Shown here one piece after another: positions 1 through 9,103 of a stretch of DNA of 64,000 nt. How positions within the stretch are numbered: position 1 is the first letter of the stretch; each line of letters starts with the position of its first letter. The notes beneath the pieces are model-generated. The model searched no databases. It saw nothing but the letters and a program-made list of their open reading frames with translations, and had not been told where the DNA came from. This DNA comes from Pseudomonadota bacterium (GTDB taxonomy: Bacteria > Pseudomonadota > Alphaproteobacteria > Sphingomonadales > SMXR01). The DNA is taken from positions 53,791 to 117,790 of the forward strand of contig JADFJJ010000001.1 in NCBI GenBank assembly GCA_022566215.1, read 5' to 3'. Position numbers and translations under genes: made by a program.

Positions 1-495
1 AGGAAAAGCCGGGATCATATTAAAAACCGCAAGTATAGCATTAATCAGGCCAAGATATTTAAGGACACCGTAAACTGGCATGCTAACCCCGGCCCCTTCC
101 AGCAAGGTTCCGATAATCCAGAAGACAATCCCCAGAAACAGGCTGGCGATAGGTCCGGCAATTGCCATCAGAAATTCGGCGCGTGGAGTTTTCGGTTCCT
201 TTTCCATTTCGGCGACACCACCGAAAATAAAGAGCGTGATACCCGATATGGGAATGTCGTATTTACGGGCCACCAATGAGTGGGCAAACTCGTGGAAAAT
301 AATTGAAAAAAACAGCCCGAAAGCCCCCAGAACACCCATAGTCCAATAGGTGATCGGCGGCAAATCCGGGTATTGTTCCGGAAACAAGCCAGCGGCCAGG
401 GACCAGGTCACCAAAAGAGCAATAACAATCCAGCTGGCGTCAATCCTGACGGCAAAGCCCAAAAGCCTGAACAGAGTTATGCGTTTCCAGAACAT
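1..495 (-). CDS. M50 (site-2-protease-like) membrane zinc metalloprotease, N-terminal part; the 3' end runs off the window
   Basis: Absent from the ORF track because there is no stop inside the window. My own minus-strand translation from the ATG at 495..493 gives MFWKRITLFRLLGFAVRIDASWIVIALLVTW...FSIIFHEFAHSLVARKYDIPISGITLFIFGGVAEM. An HExxH (HEFAH) in a hydrophobic segment is the M50 signature. The + ORFs 80..349 and 350..622 are its shadow frames. Confidence 0.8.
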   Translation of the reverse strand, partial: MFWKRITLFRLLGFAVRIDASWIVIALLVTWSLAAGLFPEQYPDLPPITYWTMGVLGAFGLFFSIIFHEFAHSLVARKYDIPISGITLFIFGGVAEMEKEPKTPRAEFLMAIAGPIASLFLGIVFWIIGTLLEGAGVSMPVYGVLKYLGLINAILAVFNMIPAFP

Positions 496-594
496 GTTGT
501 CTCCAGACATTACCACGGGACATCTTAAGGGCTATTGTTTTTTTGCCAAACTAAGGGCAGGCTTCTGGAAAACGGCGAATGAAGGGTCTGCGAC

Positions 595-1890
595 GTGTAT
601 CAAAATATCCACCACCTATTGATGGTCAGGAGGTTTCTGCCCTTTTTTATTACCCAATTCCTGAGCGCCTTTAACGACAACCTGTTCAAGTTCGCGCTGG
701 TGTTGTTCCTGAAATATCAAATGACGGATTTGACCATGGAGGAAACAGCGGCCTTGACCACTCTAGCGGCAGGGCTTTTTATCTTGCCGTTTTTCCTGTT
801 TTCCGCCACCGCCGGCCAGCTGGCTGACAAGTTTGAGAAATCAGGCTTGATCCAGATTATCCGTTTTTCAGAAATTCCCCTGATGGTTCTGGCGGCGGTT
901 GGATTTTGGCTGGAAAGCGCCTCATTTCTTTTGATGGTACTGTTCCTTATGGGCTCCAAGTCGGCATTCTTTGGCCCCTTGAAATACAGCATCCTGCCCG
1001 AGCAACTAAAAAAGGACGAGTTAATCGGCGCCAATGGCTTGGTTGAGATGGGAACCTTTGTTTCTATTCTTTTGGGAACCATTTTGGGAGGAACCCTGAT
1101 TGTTGGTGCTGACGGGCGCTGGCAGGTCTCCGCCATGGCGATTACATTGGCGGTCTTGGGGTTTGCGGCAAGCCGGTTTATTCCAAGAAACGTTGCGAAG
1201 TCTCCGAAACTGAAGGTGAATATAAATATTGCCGGGGAAACATTTCATATTCTAAAGGAAGCTTACCAAAGGCGGGCAGTGCTTATATCAATTCTTGGGA
1301 TTTCCTGGTTTTGGCTGTTGGGAGCGACGTTTCTAGCCCAGTTTCCTAATTTTTCAAAAGACGTCATTTTTGGCGCCGAATCGGTGGCCACTTTGTTCCT
1401 GTTTTCTTTATCCCTTGGAATTGGCATTGGCTCGCTGTTGTGCAACAAGGTCCTTAAAAGCCGTATTTCGGCGCGGCTTTCCCCATGGGCGGCGCTGGTC
1501 ATCGGAGTCTTTGCGATCGATATTTATTTTTCCAGCCAGGCCGCGGTCACAGGTGAGGCCGGGGCCCTTTTGTCCTTAGGCGAATTCTTGGCCTACCCGC
1601 AAAACTGGCGAGTGGTTCTGGACCTGGTTATGCTTGCTCTTGCCGGAGGCTTTTTTATTGTCCCCCTTTACACTATTCTGCAAACCAGAAGCCCGGATAA
1701 GGAATGCTCACGAATGATCGCCGCCAATAACGTCACCAACGCCTTCTTTATGGTGATTTCAGCGCTGGCGACGGTCGGGCTTTTCAGGCTTGGTTTTAGT
1801 GTTCTGGATATTTTTCTGGGGCTGGGTGTTGTCACCCTGGCGGTAGGGATTTTGTTTTACCTAAAACGCGGCTGGGAGGATGTGGAATAA
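595..1890 (+). CDS. MFS transporter, LplT-like (lysophospholipid transporter family)
   Basis: 431-aa polytopic ORF. The N-terminus FLPFFITQFLSAFNDNLFKFALVLF resembles LplT/MFS_1. An alternative start is the ATG at 622 (MVRRFL...). Confidence 0.7.
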   Translation: MYQNIHHLLMVRRFLPFFITQFLSAFNDNLFKFALVLFLKYQMTDLTMEETAALTTLAAGLFILPFFLFSATAGQLADKFEKSGLIQIIRFSEIPLMVLAAVGFWLESASFLLMVLFLMGSKSAFFGPLKYSILPEQLKKDELIGANGLVEMGTFVSILLGTILGGTLIVGADGRWQVSAMAITLAVLGFAASRFIPRNVAKSPKLKVNINIAGETFHILKEAYQRRAVLISILGISWFWLLGATFLAQFPNFSKDVIFGAESVATLFLFSLSLGIGIGSLLCNKVLKSRISARLSPWAALVIGVFAIDIYFSSQAAVTGEAGALLSLGEFLAYPQNWRVVLDLVMLALAGGFFIVPLYTILQTRSPDKECSRMIAANNVTNAFFMVISALATVGLFRLGFSVLDIFLGLGVVTLAVGILFYLKRGWEDVE

Positions 1891-1892
1891 AT

Positions 1893-2762
1893 TCAGGTTT
1901 CAGGTTCAGACAGGCATTTTCCCTCCAGAAACCGCATTACTGCGACAATGGTTTTTCGCCTGTTGGCTAATGTAAAATGATCACTTCGGACAACCAGTCT
2001 ATCATTATGGCCTTCCAGCCAAACCTCCTCTACGCCGACAATGCCATCGTCATCGCCCTCGATTACAGGGTTAATCCCCTTGCCCGGATTTGTTGTTCCT
2101 GCAATCAGTCCTGTGCGAACTTTTATGGGGGCTAAGGTTTTGGCATAGCTTTTGGTCAGTTGGTCGCGTACCTTCGGGGCAAAGATATCAAGGGCTTTCA
2201 ACCGTTTGCTGAAATCCGCCATGGCGGCGCCCTGATTGGGGGTGCCAATGAAAATGAGGCCTATTAACTCAATTCTTTGCCGCCAGGGGGCGTTCATTTC
2301 CAACGCTTTTCGAATGACAAGGCCTCCTTGGCTGTGGCCGATCAGAGTGATTTCCTTTACCCTCTCAAGGGTGTTGAGAAAATTAACTAAATCCCGGGCC
2401 TGACTCTCCAGCGTTTCCTTCAGGCTTGGATAATTATAGGCATCTGCAAAATAACCCCTTTTTACCAAGGCCCGTTTCATAAAGAAGAACGTTTCCCTCC
2501 CCCCGGCCATTCCGTGGACCATCAGAACCAGATGAGCATCCGGATTGGAAAGTCTGAATGATTTTTTAAGGCGAGTGAAAACGGCTAGGCAGGCCTTATA
2601 TGACCCCCACGCATAACGGATATTCTTCGGGTTCAATAGCCTGTGGTGTTTCATCAAAATGTTTTTTTGAATGCGCCAGCCGGCAAAAAAATAAACATCC
2701 AACCACAACTGCTGCCCACCCAGAGTGGGGAAGCGGATGTTGGGAAGGATTTTGTGTGCCAT
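1893..2762 (-). CDS. alpha/beta-fold hydrolase (lipase/esterase-like)
   Basis: 289 aa. It has an HG oxyanion motif (LVLMVHGMAGG) and a GHSQGG nucleophile elbow. It is convergent with the MFS gene, with the stops 2 nt apart. Confidence 0.7.
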   Translation of the reverse strand: MAHKILPNIRFPTLGGQQLWLDVYFFAGWRIQKNILMKHHRLLNPKNIRYAWGSYKACLAVFTRLKKSFRLSNPDAHLVLMVHGMAGGRETFFFMKRALVKRGYFADAYNYPSLKETLESQARDLVNFLNTLERVKEITLIGHSQGGLVIRKALEMNAPWRQRIELIGLIFIGTPNQGAAMADFSKRLKALDIFAPKVRDQLTKSYAKTLAPIKVRTGLIAGTTNPGKGINPVIEGDDDGIVGVEEVWLEGHNDRLVVRSDHFTLANRRKTIVAVMRFLEGKCLSEPET

Positions 2763-2810
2763 GCTTTAACGATTTTGGAGGACTGAAAAGAAAAAAAGAA
2801 GGGCCGGCCT

Positions 2811-3350
2811 TTAATTCAGTACCCAAATCTCCCCGTTCAGGATGGTCGCAAATGAAACCCAGAGAGCATATGGATAAAGAAGATAGGATGCCATCTGGTC
2901 AATACGGCGAAAGGCGTAAATCGTTCCAATTATAGCGAACAGCATAAGAATGATGACCATAAAGGAAAGGCCAATGTCACGAATCCTGAAAAAAACAAAA
3001 GGCCAGGCGGCGTTGAGGGCAAGTTGGATAAAAAAGAGCGAGAAAACTCTCTTTTGTTCGGAGATTCTAACCATCATCCACAGCCGCCAGCCGGAAAACG
3101 CCATAGTTGTGTAAAGCAATGTCCACACCGGGCGGAACAATTGGCCATCCGGGGTAAAAACGGGCTTGACCAAATCATTGTACCAGCCCATCAGGCTTGG
3201 CGCTGATGCAATATCGCCTGCCACCGAAGCACTGTAGCAGAGTAGCAGCCACCCGGTCAGTCCCAACCAGAGGTTTTCCCGGCCCTTCATTGGTTTGACC
3301 TCAGATTGGGAAGGTACACTCCTTTGCAATTTGTTGGTCCGTGCTTCCAT
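2811..3350 (-). CDS. tspO: TspO/MBR tryptophan-rich sensory protein
   Basis: 179 aa with five hydrophobic helices. Trp-rich motifs: WYNDLVKPVFTPDGQLFRPVWTLLYTTMAFSGWRLW and LALNAAWPFVFF. The start may be the internal ATG at 3290. Confidence 0.85.
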   Translation of the reverse strand: MEARTNKLQRSVPSQSEVKPMKGRENLWLGLTGWLLLCYSASVAGDIASAPSLMGWYNDLVKPVFTPDGQLFRPVWTLLYTTMAFSGWRLWMMVRISEQKRVFSLFFIQLALNAAWPFVFFRIRDIGLSFMVIILMLFAIIGTIYAFRRIDQMASYLLYPYALWVSFATILNGEIWVLN

Positions 3351-3527
3351 AGTTTTTAGTTCCTCAACGTGTACTTTTCTACCAAAAGGATCTTTTAAAA
3401 TATAGCTTAAGTTTAATTTTCTGAAAAATAGGGGTCAGAATAGTGATGTGCGTCCCACAGGCGTTCTGTGATAACTAGGGTTTTCCGTAAAAGTCTTTGC
3501 AAGTTTTGGTCGTGAAAGGCGCCAGCT

Positions 3528-4793
3528 ATGAAAGAAGAAGCCCGAGTCCAGTATCTTTTTCTGGATATGAACAGTTATTTTGCAAGCGTTGAGCAGCAGG
3601 AAAACCCAAGCCTGTTAGGTCGTCCTGTGGCAGTGGTTCCAATCCTGACCGAAAAGACCTGTGCCATCGCCGCCAGCTACGAGGCCAAGGCCTTCGGCAT
3701 TAAAACCGGCACCATGATTTACGAGGCGAAAAAACTCTGCCCTGATCTGATCATCGTTCCAGCCCGCCATGATGTCTATGTGGAGTATCATCACGCCATT
3801 ATGGAGGAGCTGGAGCGCCATTTGCCGATTGAGACCATCCATTCGGTTGACGAGGCTGTGTGCCGCCTGATCGGTGATGAGTGTCGGCCCGAGCGCGCCA
3901 TCCGCCTGGCACAGGAAATCAAGGCCGGGATATCCAGAAATATCGGGCCCGCGATCAAATGTTCCATCGGTCTTTCGGTCAATACCTATCTGGCGAAGCT
4001 GGCAACCGAGCTGGAAAAACCGGACGGCCTTTTGGTGTTGCATCTGAACCAGTTGCCGGAGCGTATCCTGCACATGAGGTTGTCGGCCCTTCCCTGGATC
4101 GGGCGGCGGATTGAGCGGCGGCTTCAGGCCACCGGCGTTCGTGATGTGGCAACACTGTGGTCTCTCTCTCCCGGACGGCTCAGGCGCATCTGGGGCAGCG
4201 TTATGGGACAGCGCTTTTGGTACATGCTGCACGGAATACAGGTGCCGCCAATCGAGACAAAAAAGCACATGGTCGGACATAGTCATGTTCTGGCCCCGCC
4301 GCTGCGTCTTCCGGAACGGGCGCATCTTGTCGCACGCCGGCTGATAACCAAGGCCGCCAGCCGCATGCGGCGCATGGGGTATTGGTCAACAGAGACGGGG
4401 GTTTCGGTGCGCTTTGTCGGTGGTAACCGCTGGAGGAAATATGCTCCAACCCAAAGCACCCAGGACTCTTTCACCTTGTTGCGCGCACTTGATCGCATGT
4501 GGAAAGAGATGCAAATAATTTACGGCCCGCAATATATCAAACAGGTTTCAATTGTTCTCTCGCGGCTGTCCAATCAGCCGGATTTATGCCCGGATCTTTT
4601 TAGCCGGCTGCCGACAACGGAAGACCGGGCACATTCAAGACGTATTTCACTTTCCCGGGCGCTGGACGGTCTGAACAGGCGCTATGGCCGGGACACCGTC
4701 ACCTTCGGCATACAGCCGCCAGTAAAGGCAAACTACATCGGCGCCAAAATCGCCTTCACCCGCATACCGGAGCGGGAAGAATTCCGTGAATAA
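3528..4793 (+). CDS. Y-family DNA polymerase (DinB/UmuC-like)
   Basis: 421 aa. The N-terminal catalytic motif is YLFLDMNSYFASVEQQENPSLLGRPVAVVP, followed by SVDEAV acidic residues. This is the IMS family pattern. Confidence 0.8.
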   Translation: MKEEARVQYLFLDMNSYFASVEQQENPSLLGRPVAVVPILTEKTCAIAASYEAKAFGIKTGTMIYEAKKLCPDLIIVPARHDVYVEYHHAIMEELERHLPIETIHSVDEAVCRLIGDECRPERAIRLAQEIKAGISRNIGPAIKCSIGLSVNTYLAKLATELEKPDGLLVLHLNQLPERILHMRLSALPWIGRRIERRLQATGVRDVATLWSLSPGRLRRIWGSVMGQRFWYMLHGIQVPPIETKKHMVGHSHVLAPPLRLPERAHLVARRLITKAASRMRRMGYWSTETGVSVRFVGGNRWRKYAPTQSTQDSFTLLRALDRMWKEMQIIYGPQYIKQVSIVLSRLSNQPDLCPDLFSRLPTTEDRAHSRRISLSRALDGLNRRYGRDTVTFGIQPPVKANYIGAKIAFTRIPEREEFRE

Positions 4794-4862
4794 AAACTCT
4801 AAGGCTGGCTGTTTACCCGCTTCTTGGTTAATGTGGGGGAAGGTCTGCAGGAAAGGTGATCC

Positions 4863-5996
4863 ATGACTGCTGTAAAACCCGAAATAGGACTGTCCGGAAG
4901 CGCCGGGAAGATGGCCCTCTCTTTAACTGGGGACTGGTTCATCAGCAATGCGCCGCGAATGGATAAATGTCTGAAAAGCACCCCAAGCCCGGCAGGGAAA
5001 GATGTCACTATAGATGCCTCCGCGATAACCGCCTTTGATACCTTTGGGGCCTGGCTGATTTTCCGCCTTTTAAAACAAATGGAAGCCGGGGCAAAAAGTG
5101 TTTCGGTCATAAAACTGAACCCGCAGCTCCAGCGTCTGGTCAAAAGTATGTCGGCACATGATGTGTCACCACCGGCAAAACCAATCGAGGTCGGATTTGT
5201 TGAAAAACGACTCAAGGCTTTAGGTTGGCTGACCGCTGCTATGTGTTCGCATTACGGGCAACTTTTTGCCTTTATCGGCTTTGTTCTGGTCCGTTCTATT
5301 AAAGCGCTGCGGCACCCGAAGCAGTTTCGTTTGACCTCACTGGTTTTTCACTTGGAAGAGGTTGGCTTTAACGCACTTTTTATCGTTGGCTTGGTGTCAT
5401 TTTTAATCGGGGCGGTTATTGTTAACCAGGGGGCTATCCAACTCAGACAGTTCGGGGCGGAAATTTTTACCGTCGACCTTTTGGCCATATCTCACCTGCG
5501 TGAGATGGGTGTTCTGCTGACAGCTATTTTGATCGCCGGACGCTCGGGCAGCGCCTTTACCGCTGAAATTGGCTCAATGAAAATCAGGGAAGAGGTAGAT
5601 GCCCTACAGGTCATCGGCCTGAACCCCGTTGATGTTCTGGTTCTGCCGCGCTTGATGGCGCTCATTTTTATTATGCCCATTCTGACCTTTTTCGCTGATC
5701 TGATGGGAATCCTGGGCGGGGCTTTAATGGCTTGGAATATGCTCGATCTATCCTTCGAGGCTTTTTTCACCCGTTTCCGCGATGCTACCCTGATGACCAC
5801 ATTTTATATTGGCATGATCAAGGCGCCGTTTTTCGGAGCGATCATCGCCATTAATGGATGTTATGAGGGTTTAAGCGTTACCGGCAGTGCTGAAAACGTC
5901 GGCCAACACACAACCCGGTCAGTGGTCCAGTCAATCTTCATGGTGATTGTCCTTGATGCCTTGTTCGCCATGTTCTTTACGGCTGTGGACTGGTGA
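4863..5996 (+). CDS. MlaE-family ABC permease with an N-terminal STAS-like extension
   Basis: 377 aa. The C-terminal ~250 aa are polytopic with MlaE-like motifs (REMGVLLTAILIAGRSGSAFTAEIGSMKIREEVDAL). The soluble N-terminal ~110 aa looks STAS/MlaB-like. Confidence 0.8.
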   Translation: MTAVKPEIGLSGSAGKMALSLTGDWFISNAPRMDKCLKSTPSPAGKDVTIDASAITAFDTFGAWLIFRLLKQMEAGAKSVSVIKLNPQLQRLVKSMSAHDVSPPAKPIEVGFVEKRLKALGWLTAAMCSHYGQLFAFIGFVLVRSIKALRHPKQFRLTSLVFHLEEVGFNALFIVGLVSFLIGAVIVNQGAIQLRQFGAEIFTVDLLAISHLREMGVLLTAILIAGRSGSAFTAEIGSMKIREEVDALQVIGLNPVDVLVLPRLMALIFIMPILTFFADLMGILGGALMAWNMLDLSFEAFFTRFRDATLMTTFYIGMIKAPFFGAIIAINGCYEGLSVTGSAENVGQHTTRSVVQSIFMVIVLDALFAMFFTAVDW

Positions 5997-6000
5997 TAAA

Positions 6001-6771
6001 ATGAAATCTGTAGCCAACAATATTGCAATTCGCATCAGGGGTCTGATGACGGGCTTCGACGACCACATTGTCCACAACAATCTGGACCTGGACGTTTACA
6101 AGGGTGAGATTTTGGGCGTAGTAGGCGGCTCCGGCTCTGGCAAGTCGGTTTTGCTGAAAGCGATTATTGGCCTGATAGTACCGCGCGCCGGAACGATAGA
6201 GGTTCTGGATCAGGATATGTCAAAAATTTCCTTGGAAAAACAGGGAGAATTTGGTAGCCGCTGGGGGGTTTTGTTCCAGGACGGTGCGCTTTTTTCATCG
6301 CTTACGGTGGGTGAAAATATTCAAGTGCCGATACGCGAAAATATGAAACTATCCCGGGAAATTATGGATGAGGTAACGTTTCTCAAGCTGTCCTTCGTGG
6401 GGTTAAAACCAGAAGTGGCGTTTAAATATCCGTCAGACCTGTCCGGGGGTATGCGAAAACGGGCGGGCCTTGCCCGGGCTCTTGTCCTTGATCCGGAATT
6501 GCTGTTCCTGGATGAACCGACCGCCGGTCTTGACCCTATAGGCGCCGCCCGTTTTGATGCCCTGATTAGGGAATTGAAAGAGGCTTTGGGCCTGACGGTC
6601 TTTCTTGTTACCCATGACCTGGATACCCTTCATGCGGTTTGTGACCGGGTCGCAGTGCTGTATGATGGCAGAATAGTTGTTGCAGGGCCCCTAAAGGATG
6701 TGAAAAGATTTGACCATCCCTGGGTGCAGGACTATTTCAACGGCCCACGGGGCAGGGTTTTGGCGGATTAA
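6001..6771 (+). CDS. ABC transporter ATP-binding protein (MlaF-like)
   Basis: Walker A is GGSGSGKS, the ABC signature is LSGGMRKR, and Walker B is LLFLDEPTAGLD. I chose the ATG at 6001, just after the permease stop at 5996. The track ORF begins at 5947, inside the permease. Confidence 0.9.
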   Translation: MKSVANNIAIRIRGLMTGFDDHIVHNNLDLDVYKGEILGVVGGSGSGKSVLLKAIIGLIVPRAGTIEVLDQDMSKISLEKQGEFGSRWGVLFQDGALFSSLTVGENIQVPIRENMKLSREIMDEVTFLKLSFVGLKPEVAFKYPSDLSGGMRKRAGLARALVLDPELLFLDEPTAGLDPIGAARFDALIRELKEALGLTVFLVTHDLDTLHAVCDRVAVLYDGRIVVAGPLKDVKRFDHPWVQDYFNGPRGRVLAD

Positions 6772-6795
6772 GAAATCCATAGGGAGTTTAATCAA

Positions 6796-7701
6796 GTGGA
6801 AAACAAAGCAAATTATCATTTGATCGGCGCGTTTATGATCATTTCCCTGATCTCTCTTTTTGCTTTTCTGATCTGGATTGCCAAAATAGATTTTGACCAA
6901 GAATACAAAGAATTTGATATCTACTTTTCGGAATCCGTATTTGGCCTGACCAAAGCCAGCCAGGTAACCTACAACGGCATACCAGTCGGCGATATCCGCA
7001 ACATTACGATTGCCAAGGATGATCCCAGCAAGGTGATGGTCCGGATCAGAATCAAGGAAGAAATTCCCATTCTCCAAGATACTATGGCCACGCTTGGCAT
7101 GCAGGGCATAACAGGGGTTTTGTTCGTTCAGATCATCGGCGGCCAGCCGGGCAGCCTCCCACTGGTTTCCAAGGAAGGACAGGAACGTCCTGTAATCCCG
7201 TCACGGCCCTCTACACTGGAAGAGTTTTTTGGTGGTGGTGGCGACCTGATCAACCGGGCCATGCAGACCTTTGAGCGCCTGAACCTTTTGTTCAGCACCG
7301 AAAATATTGAGAGTTTCACGCAAACCCTGAACAATATCGAAAGCCTGTCCGGAGATCTGGCCGAAGAAGGGGAAACCATCCAGCAGACCCTGCAAGGCCT
7401 GCGTGATACCATCAAAACCGCTGAACGCCTATTTCAACAGGATATCAAACCGGCGGCAGAAGAGTTTCGACAGCTCTCCCAAAAGGCTAACCAGCTGGTA
7501 AACAATCTGGATCAACTGGTTGCGGAAAACCGGGAAAATATTTCCAGGTTTACCGGGGCCACAATGTCGGAACTTAACCTTCTGATCAGTGACATGAGAG
7601 AATTATCACAAGCTATAACGGCCCTGGCGGAACGCTTGGAGGAAAACCCTTCCGATATCATAATCACCAGACCTGAGCCGGAATACGAAGTGGAGAAATA
7701 A
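6796..7701 (+). CDS. MlaD/MCE-domain substrate-binding protein
   Basis: 301 aa. An N-terminal TM anchor is followed by an MCE-like beta region (VTYNGIPVGDIRNITI...) and a coiled-coil C-terminus. GTG start with a GGGAG upstream. Confidence 0.8.
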   Translation: MENKANYHLIGAFMIISLISLFAFLIWIAKIDFDQEYKEFDIYFSESVFGLTKASQVTYNGIPVGDIRNITIAKDDPSKVMVRIRIKEEIPILQDTMATLGMQGITGVLFVQIIGGQPGSLPLVSKEGQERPVIPSRPSTLEEFFGGGGDLINRAMQTFERLNLLFSTENIESFTQTLNNIESLSGDLAEEGETIQQTLQGLRDTIKTAERLFQQDIKPAAEEFRQLSQKANQLVNNLDQLVAENRENISRFTGATMSELNLLISDMRELSQAITALAERLEENPSDIIITRPEPEYEVEK

Positions 7702-7703
7702 AA

Positions 7704-8321
7704 ATGAAACCTGATGTTTTGAGAATTTTTGCCCTCTTGATATTCCTGGCCCTGGGGGGATGCGGCTCCCTGGTGGATTTGGGTCAGGACCAGGTCCCTG
7801 ACAATATTTACAACCTTTCCCCGCCTGACCAGCTGCAGGCCGTGATGGCAGGAGAGGAAAAAGTCTTGCTTTTGGGGCAAATGACTTACCCCGCCTATGT
7901 GGAGACGGAGAAAATAGCCGTTAAGCCAAGCGACCATGAGATTCTGTTTTTGGCCAATTCCAGATGGAGCGATAAAGCCTCCACCCTTTTGACTGATTAC
8001 TTAAGGATTAGCCTGGACCAGGAAGAAGGCTGGATGGTAATTGACCGAAAGCACACGGCGCTGACCCATGACTACCGGCTGGAAATTGATGTACGTGATT
8101 TCAGCATGCATGTCAGGGAGGGGAGCGTTCCGGAAATTGTTTTCCAGATTGCCGTGGATCTTTTTCAAACCGGTCCGCTGGAGGTGATTGCCAGAAAAGG
8201 TTTTACCGCTCGGGTTATGGCGCGGGAAAATACCAAAGAAGCTATCATAGCCGCATTTAATGACGTTGCGGATGAAATCTCCCGCAAGTTGAAAGTTTGG
8301 TTAACCCAAACCGTTGAGTAA
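7704..8321 (+). CDS. ABC-type transport auxiliary lipoprotein (DUF330/LptE-like family)
   Basis: 205 aa. It has a lipobox (FLALGGC). It starts 2 nt after the MCE gene stop and is the fourth gene of the Mla/Mce-type operon. Confidence 0.7.
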   Translation: MKPDVLRIFALLIFLALGGCGSLVDLGQDQVPDNIYNLSPPDQLQAVMAGEEKVLLLGQMTYPAYVETEKIAVKPSDHEILFLANSRWSDKASTLLTDYLRISLDQEEGWMVIDRKHTALTHDYRLEIDVRDFSMHVREGSVPEIVFQIAVDLFQTGPLEVIARKGFTARVMARENTKEAIIAAFNDVADEISRKLKVWLTQTVE

Positions 8322-8323
8322 GT

Positions 8324-9103
8324 ATGGCCGGGCAGTCTCAGAAAGGAAAGAATGCAGGGGAGGGACCTTCAGCCCCATCTTCGAAAAAGTTGAACGCTTT
8401 CTATCAGGCGTCCACGGGAAAATACCTCAGCAACGAGATTGAAAATTGTCTGACCAGTAGCTGGCCTCGTGAAGAGCTGAAGGAGTGTCATTTGCTTTGC
8501 GTCGGCTTCCCGCCACCGGGAATAATGGAAACCTGCCTCCAAGGTAAATCTTTCGCTCTTTTAAGCCCCTCTTTCTTGGGTTCCAAAAAAATTGTTCGAA
8601 AAGGTCGAAACATGTCGGCGGTGGGGGACGAAACCCATCTTCCGTTCAGGGAGGGAAGTTATGACCGGATTTTAGTTTTTCATGCTCTCGAATATACCCA
8701 GGATACTGTTTCTTTCATTGAGGGCCTGTGGAAAGTCCTGTCGCCGGGGGGGCGGATTTTCCTGATGGTGCCGAATAAGAAGGGTGCTTGGAAAAAATCC
8801 GGTTTGCCATATCCAGACCTGGCAAAACCTTTTCTTTTCCGGGAAGTAAGGTCTTTTCTGGAAAAAAATGGATTTACCCTCATTAATAATTATGGAATCT
8901 GGTACGGGTTGCCAGTTGATTTTTTTGGCACCATTTTGTTCTCAGGCCTTCTCAAGCGGTTGTCGGGTGGAGGCTCTGTCGGGTTCCCCGGTTTCCTGAT
9001 TTTTGAAGCAGAGAAAAAAATCATATCACCAATATGCAAGCCAACTAGGACTTTCAAGAAGGTGCCGGCAAATCCTGCAGTTTCAGGAATTATTCCTGAA
9101 TAA
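8324..9103 (+). CDS. class I SAM-dependent methyltransferase (Methyltransf_11-like)
   Basis: 259 aa. The motifs RILVFHALEYTQD...LWKVLSPGGRIFLMVPN are typical of the type-11 methyltransferase fold. Confidence 0.65.
   Translation: MAGQSQKGKNAGEGPSAPSSKKLNAFYQASTGKYLSNEIENCLTSSWPREELKECHLLCVGFPPPGIMETCLQGKSFALLSPSFLGSKKIVRKGRNMSAVGDETHLPFREGSYDRILVFHALEYTQDTVSFIEGLWKVLSPGGRIFLMVPNKKGAWKKSGLPYPDLAKPFLFREVRSFLEKNGFTLINNYGIWYGLPVDFFGTILFSGLLKRLSGGGSVGFPGFLIFEAEKKIISPICKPTRTFKKVPANPAVSGIIPE

Noticed and set aside
80-622. The + strand ORFs 80..349 and 350..622 at the window start.
   Set aside because: The opposite strand encodes an M50 protease N-terminus with an HEFAH motif. The + frames have no recognisable features.
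3351-3527. A LexA/SOS box upstream of the Y-family polymerase (gttctgtgataac).
   Set aside because: Only one GTTC half-site is present. The second half at N7 spacing reads ACTA, so it does not match either LexA consensus.
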